Positions 23,723 to 35,315 are shown, counted from the first letter of the stretch. The stretch is DNA of 64,000 bases from an uncultured Candidatus Rokubacteria bacterium (GCA_963789955.1 CAWBMV010000034.1:640001-704000); one strand, 5' to 3'. Made by a program: numbers and translations. Notes: a model not told the origin generated them from the sequence alone.

Positions 23723-24511
23723 ATGCCGATCGACGCGCGTCACCCGCGGGAAATCCGGCAGGACATCCGGCGCGGCAAGCTGACGGGAATCACCGCGGGC
23801 CTTGGCCAGAACTTCGTCCAGGCCAACCTGGCGGTGCTCCCGAAGGAGCAGGCGTACGACTTCCTGTTGTTCTGCCAGCGTAATCCGCGACCGTGCCCGC
23901 TGATCGAGGTGACCGACGTCGGCTCGCCCGAGCCGGTGGGCGTGGCGCCCGGCGCGGATCTCCGGACCGACATCCCGCGCTACCGGATCTACAAGGACGG
24001 TGTCCTCGCCGACGAAGTGACCGACGCGACACCGTACTGGCGCGACGACCTGGTGGCGTTCCTGCTGGGGTGCTCGTTCACCTTCGAGTGGGCGCTGCTC
24101 GAGGCCGGCATCAAGCTCTGGCACGTCGACCACGGCAAGAACGTCGCGATGTGGAAGACGTCGACACAATGCCGGCCCGCGGGAGTCTTCCACGGGCCGA
24201 TGGTCGTGTCGATGCGGCCGATCCCGGCGGCGCAGCTCGCGAAGGCGGTGACGGCGAGCGCCCGGTTTCCCGGCGCCCACGGCGCGCCGGTGCACGTCGG
24301 CGATCCCGCCGCCATCGGCATCGCGGACATCGCGCGCCCCGACTGGGGCGACGCGCAGGAGTTCGCGCGCGGCGACGTGCCGGTGTTCTGGGCGTGCGGC
24401 GTCACGCCTCAGGCCGTCGCGCTCGCGTCGCGTCCGCCGTTCATGATCACGCACAGCCCGGGGCACATGTTCATCACCGACGTTCCGAACTCCGCGCTGG
24501 CGGCGATCTAG
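23723..24511 (+). CDS. DUF1445 / YcsI putative hydro-lyase (D-glutamate cyclase family)
   Basis: VQANL, FCQRNPRPCP, DLRTDIPRY, GCSFTFE, HGAPVH, VFWACGVTPQ, ITHSPGHM. Confidence 0.92.
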   Translation: MPIDARHPREIRQDIRRGKLTGITAGLGQNFVQANLAVLPKEQAYDFLLFCQRNPRPCPLIEVTDVGSPEPVGVAPGADLRTDIPRYRIYKDGVLADEVTDATPYWRDDLVAFLLGCSFTFEWALLEAGIKLWHVDHGKNVAMWKTSTQCRPAGVFHGPMVVSMRPIPAAQLAKAVTASARFPGAHGAPVHVGDPAAIGIADIARPDWGDAQEFARGDVPVFWACGVTPQAVALASRPPFMITHSPGHMFITDVPNSALAAI

Positions 24512-24515
24512 CGCA

Positions 24516-25226
24516 TTGCGGTTTCTGCCGGCAGGCGATCTCGCTGTTTGCGTCGAGCTCGGCGAGGCGATCAGCGTCGAGGTCAACACGCGAGTCCGTG
24601 CGCTCGAGTTCTTGATCCAGCAGAAGGGACTGACCGGCGTCGTCGAGACGGTGCCGGCCTACTCCTCGCTCCTCGTGTACTACGATCCGCGCGCGGTCGG
24701 CTACGAGCCGCTGTGCGCCGCGATCGCCGAGCTGGTCCCGCAGGCGACCACCGCGGTGCTGCCGCCGCCTCGCACGGTCGAGCTGCCCTGCTGCTACGAC
24801 GATCCCGAGCTCGGCTTCGACCTCGCCGCCGCCGCCAAGCGGCTCGACCTCTCGCCGGACGATCTGGCGCAGCTCCACGCCGGCGCCGAGTATCTCGTGT
24901 ACTTCATCGGCTTCACGCCGGGTCTGCCGTACATGACCGGGATGCCCGCGCGGATCAACATCCCGCGGCTCGACACACCGCGCACGAAGACCCCGCCGGG
25001 CAGCGTCGGTATCGGCGGCATCCAGTGCTGCGTCTACTCGGTCGAGAGTCCGGGCGGCTTCTGGATTCTCGGACGTACGCCCGTGCCGCTCTACGACCCG
25101 AGCGCGGCCGAGCCCACGCTCTTGCGACCCGGTGACCGTGTCCGTTTTCGCCGGATCGATCGCGCCGAGTTCGGCGCGATCGGCGCCGCGGTCGCGGCAC
25201 GGAGCTACCGCGCGGTGATCTCGTGA
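24516..25226 (+). CDS. pxpB: 5-oxoprolinase subunit B
   Basis: PAGD, VPAYSSLLV, IGFTPGLPY, PR, GSVGIGG, SPGGFWILGRT, GDRVRF. Confidence 0.9.
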   Translation: MRFLPAGDLAVCVELGEAISVEVNTRVRALEFLIQQKGLTGVVETVPAYSSLLVYYDPRAVGYEPLCAAIAELVPQATTAVLPPPRTVELPCCYDDPELGFDLAAAAKRLDLSPDDLAQLHAGAEYLVYFIGFTPGLPYMTGMPARINIPRLDTPRTKTPPGSVGIGGIQCCVYSVESPGGFWILGRTPVPLYDPSAAEPTLLRPGDRVRFRRIDRAEFGAIGAAVAARSYRAVIS

Positions 25227-26158
25227 TCAAGATTCTCGACGCGGGTCCGCAGACGACGGTCCAGGACCTCGGCCGTACCGGGCAGATGCGCTATGGCATT
25301 CCGCCGTCGGGCCCCGTCGATCGCTTCGCGTTCGTGCTGGCCAACCGGCTCGTCGGCAATCCCGACGCCGCAGCCGCGCTCGAGTGCACCTTGATCGGTC
25401 CGCGGTTCGAGGTCACCGCCGCCGGCGCGATCGCCGTCACCGGCGCCGACATGCCGGTGAGCGTGAACGGCCAGGCCGCGGCCGCGTGGACGACGATCGC
25501 GGTGAAGCCGGGTGACGTCGTCAAGCTCGGGCCGGCGCGCACCGGTGTCAGGTCCTACATCGGCTTTGCCGGCGGGCTCGATGTCCCGCTCGTGCTGGGA
25601 TCGCGATCGACGTATCTGCGCGGCCGCGTGGGCGGGTTGCAGGGTCGCGCGCTCAGGAAGGACGACACGCTCGCGACGTTGGCATCCGGTCCGGTCGCGC
25701 CCCGCCGCGTCGCGAAGCAGGCGATCCCGGACTATACGGGCGAGCCGACCGTTCGTGCGATCCTGGGACCCCAGGCCGACCGCTTCACGGCCGGCGGCAT
25801 CCGGGCGCTCTTCGACGGTCGCTACGAGGTGCTGCCGCAGTCGGATCGGATGGGGTCACGCTTGCGCGGGCCGCGGATCGAGCACGCGCGCGGTCACGAC
25901 ATCGTCTCCGACGGGATCGCGCTCGGGTCGATCCAGGTGCCCGGCGACGGACAACCGATCGTGCTGCTGGTCGACCGGCAATCCACGGGTGGCTACACGA
26001 AGATGGCCACGATCTGTTCTAGTGACATCTGGCGCGTCGGCCAGGCGAGACCGGGTCAGTCGCTCCGCTTCCAGCAAATCGGCGTGGAAGAGGCGCACCG
26101 GCTGCTTCGCGAGTCCGACACCGCGCTGGAAGCCGCGGTGAGAGAGGAGATCGCATGA
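25223..26158 (+). CDS. pxpC: 5-oxoprolinase subunit C (carboxyltransferase-like)
   Basis: TTVQDLGR, ANRLVGN, LGSRST, SDRMG, GSIQVPGDGQPIVL, QSTGGY. Confidence 0.9.
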   Translation: MIKILDAGPQTTVQDLGRTGQMRYGIPPSGPVDRFAFVLANRLVGNPDAAAALECTLIGPRFEVTAAGAIAVTGADMPVSVNGQAAAAWTTIAVKPGDVVKLGPARTGVRSYIGFAGGLDVPLVLGSRSTYLRGRVGGLQGRALRKDDTLATLASGPVAPRRVAKQAIPDYTGEPTVRAILGPQADRFTAGGIRALFDGRYEVLPQSDRMGSRLRGPRIEHARGHDIVSDGIALGSIQVPGDGQPIVLLVDRQSTGGYTKMATICSSDIWRVGQARPGQSLRFQQIGVEEAHRLLRESDTALEAAVREEIA

Positions 26159-27480
26159 GCATCGACAAAGAGCTGAACGAGTACGCCGCGAAATCCGGCC
26201 GCTCGCGCGTCCTGCACGAGGAAGCGCTCGCGGTCATGCCCGGCGGCAACAGCCGCACGACGACCTTCTTCGATCCGTATCCGTTCGCGATCCAGCGGGG
26301 CCAGGGCGCCCACATCTGGGACGCCGACGGCATCGATCGCCTGGATTTCAACGGCAACTACACGAGCTTGATCCTCGGGCACGCGCCGCCGGACGTCGTG
26401 AAGGCCGTGCAGCAGGCCGTCGAGCTCGGCCTGTCGTTTCCGGGACCGACCGAGCACGAGGTGCGGCTGGCCGAGCTCCTGACCCGCCGCGTGCCCTCCG
26501 TCCAGGCGATCCGCTTCACCAACTCGGGAACCGAGGCCACGATGAACGCGGTGCGCCTCGCGCGCGCCTTCACCGGACGGGCGAAGATCGCGAAGTTCGA
26601 GGGCGCCTACCACGGCACGCACGACTGGGTGATGGTGAGCGTCAGCGGCGACGCCAAGTCCGCCGGCAGCCGGCGGCGGCCCAAGCCGGTCGCGTGGTCG
26701 GCGGGAATCCCGCCGGCCGTCCTGAAGCACGTCGTGGTGCTCCCGTGGAACGACGCGGAGGGCTGCGCCGAGATCCTCGAGGCTGAGGCGGGGCAGCTGG
26801 CCTGTCTGATCGTGGATCCGATGATGTGCAACGCCGGCCTGGTCCCGCCGGCCGACGGGTTCCTGGCGCGGCTGCGCGAGATCACCGAGCGCCACAATAT
26901 CGTGCTGATCTTCGACGAGGTCATCTCGTTCCGGACCGCGTGGGGCGGCGCGCAAGAGCGCTTCGGCATCCGACCCGACCTCACGACGTTCGGCAAGATC
27001 ATCGGCGGCGGGCTGCCGGTGGGCGCCTTCGGCGGGCGGCGCGACATCATGGACTTCTACGACCCGCGCAAGGGCGGCGCGCGCATCAGCCACGGCGGCA
27101 CCTTCAACGCGAATCCCGTGACGATGGCCGCCGGCCTCGCGACCATGAACGCGCTCACGCCCGACGCCTACGCGCGCCTCGACGCGCTCGGCGAGCGCCT
27201 CCGCGGCGGCGTCGCGCGCCTGCTCGCGGCGACGCGGCGGCGCGGCCAGGTGACCGGGCTCGGATCGCTGTTCTGGTTACACTGGACGTCGGAGGCGCTG
27301 ACCGATTATCGTTCTGCGCGGCCCAAGGACGGGGAGACGCCGGTGCGCGTGTTCCTCGGGCTCCTGAACGAGGGCATCTTGTTGACCCAGCGGGGACTCG
27401 GCGCGTGCTCCCTCGCGATGACCGACGAGGACGTGGATCGCTTCATCAACGCGCTCGCGCGCGTGCTCGCGCGAGGATAA
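26155..27480 (+). CDS. Class III PLP aminotransferase, glutamate-1-semialdehyde aminomutase-like paralogue
   Basis: MPGGNSR, RFTNSGTEATM, KFEGAYHG, LIFDEVI, GKIIGGGLPVGA, HGGTFNANP. Confidence 0.88.
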   Translation: MSIDKELNEYAAKSGRSRVLHEEALAVMPGGNSRTTTFFDPYPFAIQRGQGAHIWDADGIDRLDFNGNYTSLILGHAPPDVVKAVQQAVELGLSFPGPTEHEVRLAELLTRRVPSVQAIRFTNSGTEATMNAVRLARAFTGRAKIAKFEGAYHGTHDWVMVSVSGDAKSAGSRRRPKPVAWSAGIPPAVLKHVVVLPWNDAEGCAEILEAEAGQLACLIVDPMMCNAGLVPPADGFLARLREITERHNIVLIFDEVISFRTAWGGAQERFGIRPDLTTFGKIIGGGLPVGAFGGRRDIMDFYDPRKGGARISHGGTFNANPVTMAAGLATMNALTPDAYARLDALGERLRGGVARLLAATRRRGQVTGLGSLFWLHWTSEALTDYRSARPKDGETPVRVFLGLLNEGILLTQRGLGACSLAMTDEDVDRFINALARVLARG

Positions 27481-27490
27481 GGAGCCGACG

Positions 27491-28270
27491 ATGGCCAAGT
27501 TCATCGATCTCAACGCCGATATGGGCGAGAGCTGGGGGCGCTGGACGCTCGGCGCGGACGAGGAGATCATGCCGTACCTCACCTCGGCCAACGTCGCCTG
27601 CGGCTTCCACGCCGGTGATCCGCACGTGATGCGCAAGACCGTCGCGCTGGCGCTGCGCCACGGCGTCGCGATCGGCTCGCATCCGTCGCTGCCGGACCTG
27701 ATGGGCTTCGGGCGGCGCGTGATGGACGTCTCGCCGCAAGAGCTGAAGGACTATCTCTGCTATCAGACCGGCGCGCTCCGCGAGTTCGTTCGCGCCTCGG
27801 GCGGAGAGCTGCAGCACACCAAGCCGCACGGCATCCTCTATTCCATGATCGAGAAGGACGAGGCGCTGGCCACCGCGGTGGCCGAGTCGGCCCGCGAATC
27901 GGGCAAGGACTTGATCCTCATGGCGCTCGGCTCCGGGAAGTACGACCGCACCGCCCGCAAGATGGGCGTGCGGGTGGCGTCGGAGGGCTTCGCCGACCGC
28001 GCGTACAACGTCGATCTCACGCTCGTGTCGCGCAAGCTGCCCAACTCGCTCATCACCGATCCGGAGCGCGCCGCCGCTCAGGCCGTGAAGATGGCGATGG
28101 AAAGCAAGGTGCGCACGATCGACGGCGTCGATATCGACATCTCGGTCCAGACCATCTGCTGCCATGGCGACACGCCCGGAGCGCAGAAGATCGTCCGCGC
28201 CGTCCGCGAAGCGCTCGATCGGGCCGGCTGTCAGGTCAAGCCGCTCCGCGACTTCTTGCCGAAAGCGTGA
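27491..28270 (+). CDS. pxpA: 5-oxoprolinase subunit A (LamB/YcsF)
   Basis: DLNADMGES, SANVACGFHAGDP, KPHG, EGFADRAY, CCHGD. Confidence 0.93.
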   Translation: MAKFIDLNADMGESWGRWTLGADEEIMPYLTSANVACGFHAGDPHVMRKTVALALRHGVAIGSHPSLPDLMGFGRRVMDVSPQELKDYLCYQTGALREFVRASGGELQHTKPHGILYSMIEKDEALATAVAESARESGKDLILMALGSGKYDRTARKMGVRVASEGFADRAYNVDLTLVSRKLPNSLITDPERAAAQAVKMAMESKVRTIDGVDIDISVQTICCHGDTPGAQKIVRAVREALDRAGCQVKPLRDFLPKA

Positions 28271-28286
28271 GGCGGCGGCGGTCCTC

Positions 28287-29404
28287 GTGACCACAGCGCT
28301 CAAGCGCACGCCGCTCTATCACGAGCACGTCGCGGCCGGTGCGCGGATGGTGCCGTTCGGCGGGTGGGAGATGCCCGTGCAGTACACCGGCATCATCGAG
28401 GAGCACCGCGCGACCCGCGGCGCCGTCGGGCTCTTCGACGTGAGCCACATGGGCGAGTTCGAGGTGGAGGGCCCCGGCGCCCTCGCCGCGCTCCAGCACC
28501 TGACCACCAACGACGTGGCGGCCCTCGAGGTCGGCCAGATCCAGTATTCGGTCCTCTGCTACCCGAACGGCACGATCGTCGACGACCTCACGGTCTATCG
28601 CATGGGCGACGAGCGCTACATGCTCACCGTCAACGCGGGGAACATCGACAAGGACTGGGCGCACGTGACGAAGTCGACGGAGCACGTCAAGGACGCGCAG
28701 TGGCGCAACTCGTCCGAGGGCACGGGCCTCATCGCGGTGCAGGGGCCCAAGGCCGAGGCGCTCGTCGGCCGACTCGCCGACCGCGACGTGACGGCCATCG
28801 GCTACTACCGCTTTGCGCGCGGAACGGTCGGCGAGGTGCCGACGTTGATCTCGCGGACGGGCTACACCGGTGAGGACGGCTTCGAGCTCTACGCGCCCGC
28901 CGACGGGACCGCGCAGCTCTGGAAGGCGCTCCTGGCGGCGGGCCGTGCCGACGGCGCCACCCCGGTCGGGCTCGGCGCCCGCGACACCTTGCGGCTCGAG
29001 ATGAAGTACGCGCTCTACGGCAACGACATCGACGACACCACCAACGCGCTCGAGGCGGGACTCGGCTGGGTCGTCAAGCCCGCCAAGGGCTGAGTTCATC
29101 GGCCGGGAAGCGCTCGAGAAGGTCCGCGCCGAGGGCCTGCGGCGGCGGCTGGTCGGCATCGAGATGGTCGACAAGGCCGTTGCGCGTCATGGTTACCCGA
29201 TCAAGAAAGACGGCCGCGCGGTCGGCGATCGTCACCTCCGGCTCCTACGGCCCCTCGGTCGACAAGTACATCGGGATCGCCTATGTCGAGACCGCGCTCG
29301 CCGCCGTCGGCACCGCGCTCGATGTCGAGATTCGCGGCCAGGACAAGGCGGCCCAGATCGTGCGCACACCGTTCTACGCGTCCAAGGTGAAGAAGGCTGG
29401 CTGA
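28287..29404 (+). CDS. gcvT: Glycine cleavage system T protein; indels near 29091 and 29227
   Basis: LKRTPL, FGGWEMPVQY, FDVSHMGE, RTGYTGEDGFE, GLGARDTLRLE, VTSGSYGP. Confidence 0.93.
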
Positions 29405-29416
29405 GGCGAGGAGAGA

Positions 29417-29810
29417 ATGGCCAACGTACCCAAGGACCTCAAGTACACGCGCGAGCACGAGTGGGCCAAGCAGGAAGGGGACCGCGTGCGCGTGGGCATC
29501 ACCGCCTACGCGCAGGAGCAGCTCGGCGACGTGGTCTTCGTCGAGCTCCCGAAAGTCGGCGCCAGGGTGACGGCGACCAAGAACTTCGGCGTCGTCGAGT
29601 CGGTGAAGGCGGTGTCCGATCTCTTCGCGCCGATCTCGGGCGAGGTCGCCGAGGTCAACGGCGAGCTCGGACAGAACGCCCGAGATCGTCAACCAGGATC
29701 CCTACGGCAAGGGCTGGATGCTGGTCGTCAAGCCCTCGAGCAAGGGCGAATGGGATCAGCTGCTGACCGCGCAGCAGTACGAGGAGCTCATCGCGCAGGG
29801 AGGCCATTGA
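29417..29810 (+). CDS. gcvH: Glycine cleavage system H protein; frameshift near 29675
   Basis: [26 protein letters not shown], lipoyl motif VESVKAVSD, then [13 protein letters not shown]. Confidence 0.93.
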
Positions 29811-31160
29811 TGCCCTCGCGCTACATCGCCAACACGCCCGACGAGCAGAAGAAGATGCTCGGCGTGATCGGCGCGGGCTCGCTCGAGGACCTGCTGGTCA
29901 AGATCCCGCCCAAGGCCCGGCTGGCGCGGCCGCTCAGCCTCACCCCGGCCTTGGCCGAGACGGACCTGATCCGGCACATGGCGGCGCTGGCAGGCCGAAA
30001 CGCGAACGCGGAGTCACACGTATCGTTCCTGGGCGGGGGCTCGTACGACCACTACATCCCGAGCCCGATCAACCACATGGTCCTGCGCGGCGAGTTCTTG
30101 ACGGCGTACACGCCCTACCAGCCCGAGGCGAGCCAGGGCACGCTCCGGACGATCTACGAGTACCAGACGATGATCGCCGAGCTGACGGGCATGGACGTCG
30201 CCAACGCGTCGATCTACGACGGCGCGTCGTCGCTGGCCGAGGCGGCCTTGATGGCCCACTCGGTCACGGAGCGGCGCGAGATCGTGCTCTCGCGCGCGCG
30301 TGCACCCGCTCTACAAGCGCGTCACCGCGACCTACTGCGAGGGACCGGGCGTGCGGCTTCGCGACGTGCCGGCCCCCGACGGCGTCACGGACCTCGCCGC
30401 CGCGCGGCAGCTCGTCAACGCGAAGACGGCGGCGCTGGTCGTGCAGACGCCGAACTTCTACGGCTGCCTCGAGGACGTCGCCGCCGCGGCCGAGGTCGCG
30501 CACGCGGCCGGCGCGCTCCTGGTGGTGGTCGCCGACCCGGTGAACCTCGGCGTGCTCGAGGGGCCCGGCAAGCTCGGCGCCGACATCGTCGTGGGCGAGG
30601 GCCAGGGGCTCGGCGTGCCGGTGGGCTTCGGTGGCCCGAATCTCGGCGTCTTCGCCGCCAAGAACGAGCTCGTGCGCCGCATGCCCGGGCGGCTGGTCGG
30701 CGCCACGGTCGATCGCGACGGCAAGCGCGGATTCGTGCTGACCCTGCAGACTCGCGAGCAGCACATCCGCCGGGCGAAGGCGACGTCCAACATCTGCACC
30801 AACGTCGCGCTCTGCGCCCTCATGGCGACCATCTATCTCGCGACGCTCGGGCGCAGAGGGCTCGTCAAGGTCGGCGAGCTCTCGACGGCCAAGGCCCACT
30901 ACGCGGCCGAGCGCCTGGCGAAGGTGCCGGGGGTCTCGCTCCGCTTCGCGGCGCCGTTCTTCAAGGAGTTCGCGCTCAAGCTGCCGAAGGCGCCCGATCG
31001 CCTGATGCCGCGGCTGGCCAAGCAGGGGTTCCTCGCCGGCGTTCCGCTCAAGACCTTCGACCGCGCCCTGGCCGACTGCCTGCTGGTGGCGGTGACCGAG
31101 AAGCGGACGAAGGCCGAGATCGACGCCTTCGCGGCGGCGCTCGAGAAGGCGGTGGCGTGA
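29810..31160 (+). CDS. gcvPA: Glycine dehydrogenase subunit 1; frameshift near 30297
   Basis: [58 protein letters not shown]. Confidence 0.94.
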
Positions 31161-32620
31161 TGGCCGACGCCTACGACAAGCTGATCTTCGAGCTCTCCTC
31201 GCCCGGCCGGGTCGCCTGGTCCTTACCGGAGGCCGACGTGCCCGAGGCCGACGCGCGCAAGCTCCTGCCGGCCAAGCATCTCCGGCGCGACGCGCCCGAT
31301 CTGCCCGAGGTCTCCGAGTTCGACGTGGTCCGCCACTACTCGCGCCTGTCGCGAATGAACTACGGACTCGACACGCATTTCTATCCGCTCGGCTCGTGCA
31401 CGATGAAGTACAACCCGAAGCTCAACGAGGACATGGCGCGGCTGGCCGGCTTCGCCAAGGTGCATCCGTTGTCGCCCGAAGCGTCGGCGCAGGGCGCGCT
31501 CCAGCTCATGCACGAGCTGGCGCGGGACCTCGCCGAGATCGCGGGGATGGACGCCGTCTCGCTCCAGCCCGCGGCCGGCGCCCAGGGCGAGCTGGCCGGA
31601 GTCCTCATGATCCGCGCCTACCACCAGTCGCGGAACGAGAAGCGGACGAAGGTGCTCGTGCCCGACTCGGCGCACGGGACCAACCCCGCGTCGACCGCGA
31701 TCGCCGGCTACGAGGTCGTCGAGGTGAAGTCGCTGCCGAACGGCGAGGTCGACGTGGACGCGCTCGCGCGCACGCTCGACACCGACGTGGCCGCGTTCAT
31801 GATCACCGTGCCGAACACGCTCGGCATGTTCGAGCCGCGCATCGTCGAGATCACCGAGCTGTGCCACGCCAAGGGCGTGCAGGTCTACATGGACGGCGCC
31901 AACCTGAACGCGATTCTCGGCATCACGCGTCCGGGCGATCTCGGCTTCGACGTCTGCCACTTCAACCTGCACAAGACCTTCACGACGCCGCACGGCGGCG
32001 GCGGCCCGGGCGCGGGCCCGGTCGGCGTCAAGGCGCACCTCGAGCCGTTCCTGCCGGTGCCCGTCGTCACGAAGGACGGCGACGAGTACGCGCTCGACTG
32101 GAAGCGGCCGCGGTCGATCGGCAAGCTGCAGGCCTTCTGGGGCAACTTCGGGATGCTCGTGCGCGCCTACACCTACATCCGCACGATGGGACCCGACGGG
32201 CTCCGATCCGTCTCCGACAACGCGATCCTGAACGCGAACTACATCATGAAGCGGCTCGAGCAGGTTTACGATGTCGCGGTGCCCGGGCCCTGCATGCACG
32301 AGTGCGTGCTGTCGGCGCGGCGTCAAAAGAAACTGGGAGTTACGGCGACCGATATTGCCAAGCGCCTCCTCGATCTCGGCTTCTACGCGCCGTCGACCTA
32401 CTTTCCGCTGATCGTCGAGGAAGCGCTGATGATCGAGCCGACCGAGACCGAGGCGAAGGAGACGCTCGACGCGTTCTGCGACGCGATGATCCAGATCGCG
32501 CGCGAGGCCGAGACGAACCCCGCGGTGATCCACGACGCGCCGGTCACCACGTCGGTGCGACGGCTCGATCAGACGAAGGCCGCGCGCGAGCCGAATCTGC
32601 GCTGGACGCCTCGCGCCTAG
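31160..32620 (+). CDS. gcvPB: Glycine dehydrogenase subunit 2
   Basis: [60 protein letters not shown]. Confidence 0.96.
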   Translation: MADAYDKLIFELSSPGRVAWSLPEADVPEADARKLLPAKHLRRDAPDLPEVSEFDVVRHYSRLSRMNYGLDTHFYPLGSCTMKYNPKLNEDMARLAGFAKVHPLSPEASAQGALQLMHELARDLAEIAGMDAVSLQPAAGAQGELAGVLMIRAYHQSRNEKRTKVLVPDSAHGTNPASTAIAGYEVVEVKSLPNGEVDVDALARTLDTDVAAFMITVPNTLGMFEPRIVEITELCHAKGVQVYMDGANLNAILGITRPGDLGFDVCHFNLHKTFTTPHGGGGPGAGPVGVKAHLEPFLPVPVVTKDGDEYALDWKRPRSIGKLQAFWGNFGMLVRAYTYIRTMGPDGLRSVSDNAILNANYIMKRLEQVYDVAVPGPCMHECVLSARRQKKLGVTATDIAKRLLDLGFYAPSTYFPLIVEEALMIEPTETEAKETLDAFCDAMIQIAREAETNPAVIHDAPVTTSVRRLDQTKAAREPNLRWTPRA

Positions 32621-32754
32621 CTCGCCGCCGGCATGGCTTGCTGCCTTCTACGGCGGCGGCTATAGTGCCCGCGATGACCGGACCGACTCGCCCGTCGCGA
32701 GACCCGCGCGGTCGCCGGTCGAAATCCACCGAGTCGCGTGCCGGGAGGTGCGCC

Positions 32755-34019
32755 ATGCGCAGACGGGTGCTGCTTGCTCTCCTTCGTTCTGTTGCTCGTT
32801 GCTCCCATCAGCGCGCGCGCGCTCCCGCCAGGGACTCCCGAGGAAGTCGGCCTGTCCAAGGAGCGACTGGCGCGAATCGGACAGATGCTGAACGGTCAGA
32901 TCGAGATGCGCAGCTTTCCGGGCGCCGTCGCGCTTGTCGCGCGGAAGGGGCGCGTCGCGTACTTCGAAGCCGTCGGGCAGCTCGACCCGAAGACCGGCTC
33001 GCCGATGTCGAAGGACGCGATCTTCCGGCTCTACTCGATGACGAAGCCGTTCACGTCGGTGGCCGCGATGATCCTCGTCGAGGAGGGGCGCCTGCGCCTG
33101 ACCGATCCGGTCGGCACGTACCTGCCGAAGCTCCTGAAGCTGGACGTGGCGGCGCAGGGCACGGACTCGAACGGAAAGGCCACCTACACGGTCGTCCCGT
33201 CCGAGCGTCCGGTGACGGTCTACGATCTCATGCGCCACACCTCGGGGCTGGTCTATGCGGGATCCACGCGCAACGAATACGTGAAGGATCTGTACGCGAA
33301 GGAGAACGTCGGGTGGTCCGGCGTCACCCCGGCCGAGCAGGTCGAGGCGCTCGCCAAGGTTCCCCTGGCCCGTCAGCCCGGGACGATGTGGGAATATGGC
33401 CTTTCGACCGACGTGGTCGGACGCGTTGTCGAGTCGGTCGCGGGCATGCCGCTCGGGCGATTTCTCGACGAGCGCCTCTTTCGCCCGCTCGGGATGAAGG
33501 ATACGACGTTCCTCGTGCCGCCCGACAAGGTCAAGCGTCTGGCCCAGCCCCTCGCCGTCGATCGCGCGACGGGCAAGCCGATCACCCTGCACGACGTCAC
33601 GGTCGCGCCGAAGAACGACGCGGGCGGCGCCGGCGCCGCCGGGACCGCGATGGACTATGCGCGCTTCCTGCAGATGCTGGCGAACGGCGGCTATCTGGAC
33701 AGTAAGTGGATCCTCGCCGGGACGACCGTCCGTCTCATGACCGCGGATCACCTCGGCGACATCAAGCCCGCCATCCCGCTGCTCGCGCCGGGCTACGGCT
33801 TCGGTCTGGGCTTCGCGATCCGCCGCGCGGACGGTCTCGAACGGCGTCGCCGGCTCCGCCGGCGAATACAACTGGGGCGGAGCGGGCGGCACGATGTTCT
33901 GGGTGGATCCGAGAGAGCAGCTGGTCGCCGTGCTGATGACCCAGGCGCAGCCCGGACCCTGGCAGCGTGAGTTTCGCGAGCTGTTCCGCCAGCTCGTCTA
34001 CCAGGCCATCGTCGACTGA
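32755..34019 (+). CDS. Exported serine hydrolase, beta-lactamase/EstB family; frameshifts near 32785 and 33840
   Basis: GGAGG SD, signal peptide, IFRLYSMTK (SxxK), LMRHTSGL, PGTMWEYG, WGGAGGT.FWVDP. Confidence 0.88.
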
Positions 34020-34074
34020 CCGCCGCGCTCGAGAGCGCTGAGCGTCCATCACGGTCCCATGCGATGCTAGGGCC

Positions 34075-34878
34075 GTGACGGACACCTGGCGCCTGCTCGT
34101 GACCGAGCCCACCGATGGCGCCACGAACATGGCGATCGACGAAGCGGTGTGGCTCGGGCGGCGCGCGGGCTCCTCGCCGCCGACCGTGCGGTTCTTCGCG
34201 TGGGAGCCGCCCACCATCTCGCTCGGCTACGGCCAGCCGCTCGATCGCCACGTCGACCTCGCCGCGTGCCACCGCTTCGGAGTCGGCATCGTCCGGCGAC
34301 TCACCGGCGGGAGCGCCATCTACCACGACGGTCCCGAGCGCGAGCTGACGTACAGCGTCGTGGCATCCGCGGACGACATCGGCGGCGGCGCGCGCGACCT
34401 GCTGCACAGCTATCAGTGGATCGGCCGTGCGCTGGCCACCGGACTCCGAGCGCTCGGCGCCCCGGTCGAGATGGTCGGCGTCGCGCGCGGCGACGAGCCG
34501 ACCCCCGCGTTTTGCTTCGCGCGCACGGGAAGCTGCGAGATCGAGCTGGGCGGGCGCAAGCTCGTCGGCAGCGCGCAGCGGCGCTACGGCCAAACCTTTC
34601 TCCAGCACGGATCGATCCTGCTCGGCGTCGATGCGGCTCGCCTGGCCGCGGTCTTCCCGACGACCGCCGATCCGCTCGCGACCTTGACGACGCTCGAGGC
34701 GGCGCTCGGTCATCGACCCAAATTCGACGACGTGGCCGCCGCGCTCGCGGCGGCGTTCGAGCGCGAGCACGGCATCGACCTCCGGCCCGACGGACTCGAC
34801 GCGCAGGAGACCGCGACGGTCGAGCGCCTCGTGCGCGACAAGTACGCCACCGACGCCTGGCTCACGGGTCCGGCGTGA
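34075..34878 (+). CDS. Lipoate-protein ligase / octanoyltransferase (LipM-like)
   Basis: NMAIDEA, ISLGYGQ, RRLTGGSAIYH, CFA, KLVGSAQRR, LQHGSI; near gcv operon. Confidence 0.88.
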   Translation: MTDTWRLLVTEPTDGATNMAIDEAVWLGRRAGSSPPTVRFFAWEPPTISLGYGQPLDRHVDLAACHRFGVGIVRRLTGGSAIYHDGPERELTYSVVASADDIGGGARDLLHSYQWIGRALATGLRALGAPVEMVGVARGDEPTPAFCFARTGSCEIELGGRKLVGSAQRRYGQTFLQHGSILLGVDAARLAAVFPTTADPLATLTTLEAALGHRPKFDDVAAALAAAFEREHGIDLRPDGLDAQETATVERLVRDKYATDAWLTGPA

Positions 34879-35315
34879 GCCGCGAGTATCCGGACTATCC
34901 GCGGGTCGGCGTCGGCGCCGTCATCCTCCACGAGGACAAGGTGCTGCTCGTGCGGCGCGGCAAGGCGCCGTCGTTCGGCAAGTGGAGCCTGCCCGGCGGT
35001 CTCGTCGAGCTCGGCGAGTCGACCAAGGAGGCCATCGAGCGCGAGATCCGCGAGGAGTGCGGGATCAAGATCCGCGTCGTCGACGTGGCGGGCGTCATCG
35101 ACCGCGTCGTGAAGGATGACGCGGGTCGCGTCCGCTATCATTACGTGCTGGTGGATTACCTGGCGTATCCCGATTCGCTGGACGTCGAGGCGGGCGACGA
35201 TGCCGCCGAGGCGCAATGGTTCGAGATCGGCCGCCTGGCCGAGCTCGACACCACCCAGGGCCTCCTGGACATGATCCGGCGAGCCGAGACGCTGAGAGGA
35301 GGAACGCGCGGGTGA
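34875..35315 (+). CDS. NUDIX hydrolase
   Basis: Nudix box GGLVELGESTKEAIEREIREECG. Confidence 0.9.
   Translation: MSREYPDYPRVGVGAVILHEDKVLLVRRGKAPSFGKWSLPGGLVELGESTKEAIEREIREECGIKIRVVDVAGVIDRVVKDDAGRVRYHYVLVDYLAYPDSLDVEAGDDAAEAQWFEIGRLAELDTTQGLLDMIRRAETLRGGTRG

Noticed and set aside
26155..27480. Calling this gene hemL
   Set aside because: No tetrapyrrole genes nearby and the N-terminal motif (GGNSRTTTFF) differs from typical HemL GGVNSPVRAF
28271..28286. Glycine riboswitch upstream of gcvT
   Set aside because: Only 16 bp of intergenic sequence
29091..29093. In-frame TGA in gcvT as selenocysteine or readthrough
   Set aside because: The gene continues in another frame; removing one base restores KGEFIG, so it is an insertion
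29417..32620. 1067-aa GcvH-GcvPA-GcvPB fusion in the ORF track
   Set aside because: Produced by indels; segments of it are off-frame nonsense, and separate stop/start overlaps exist at 29810 and 31160
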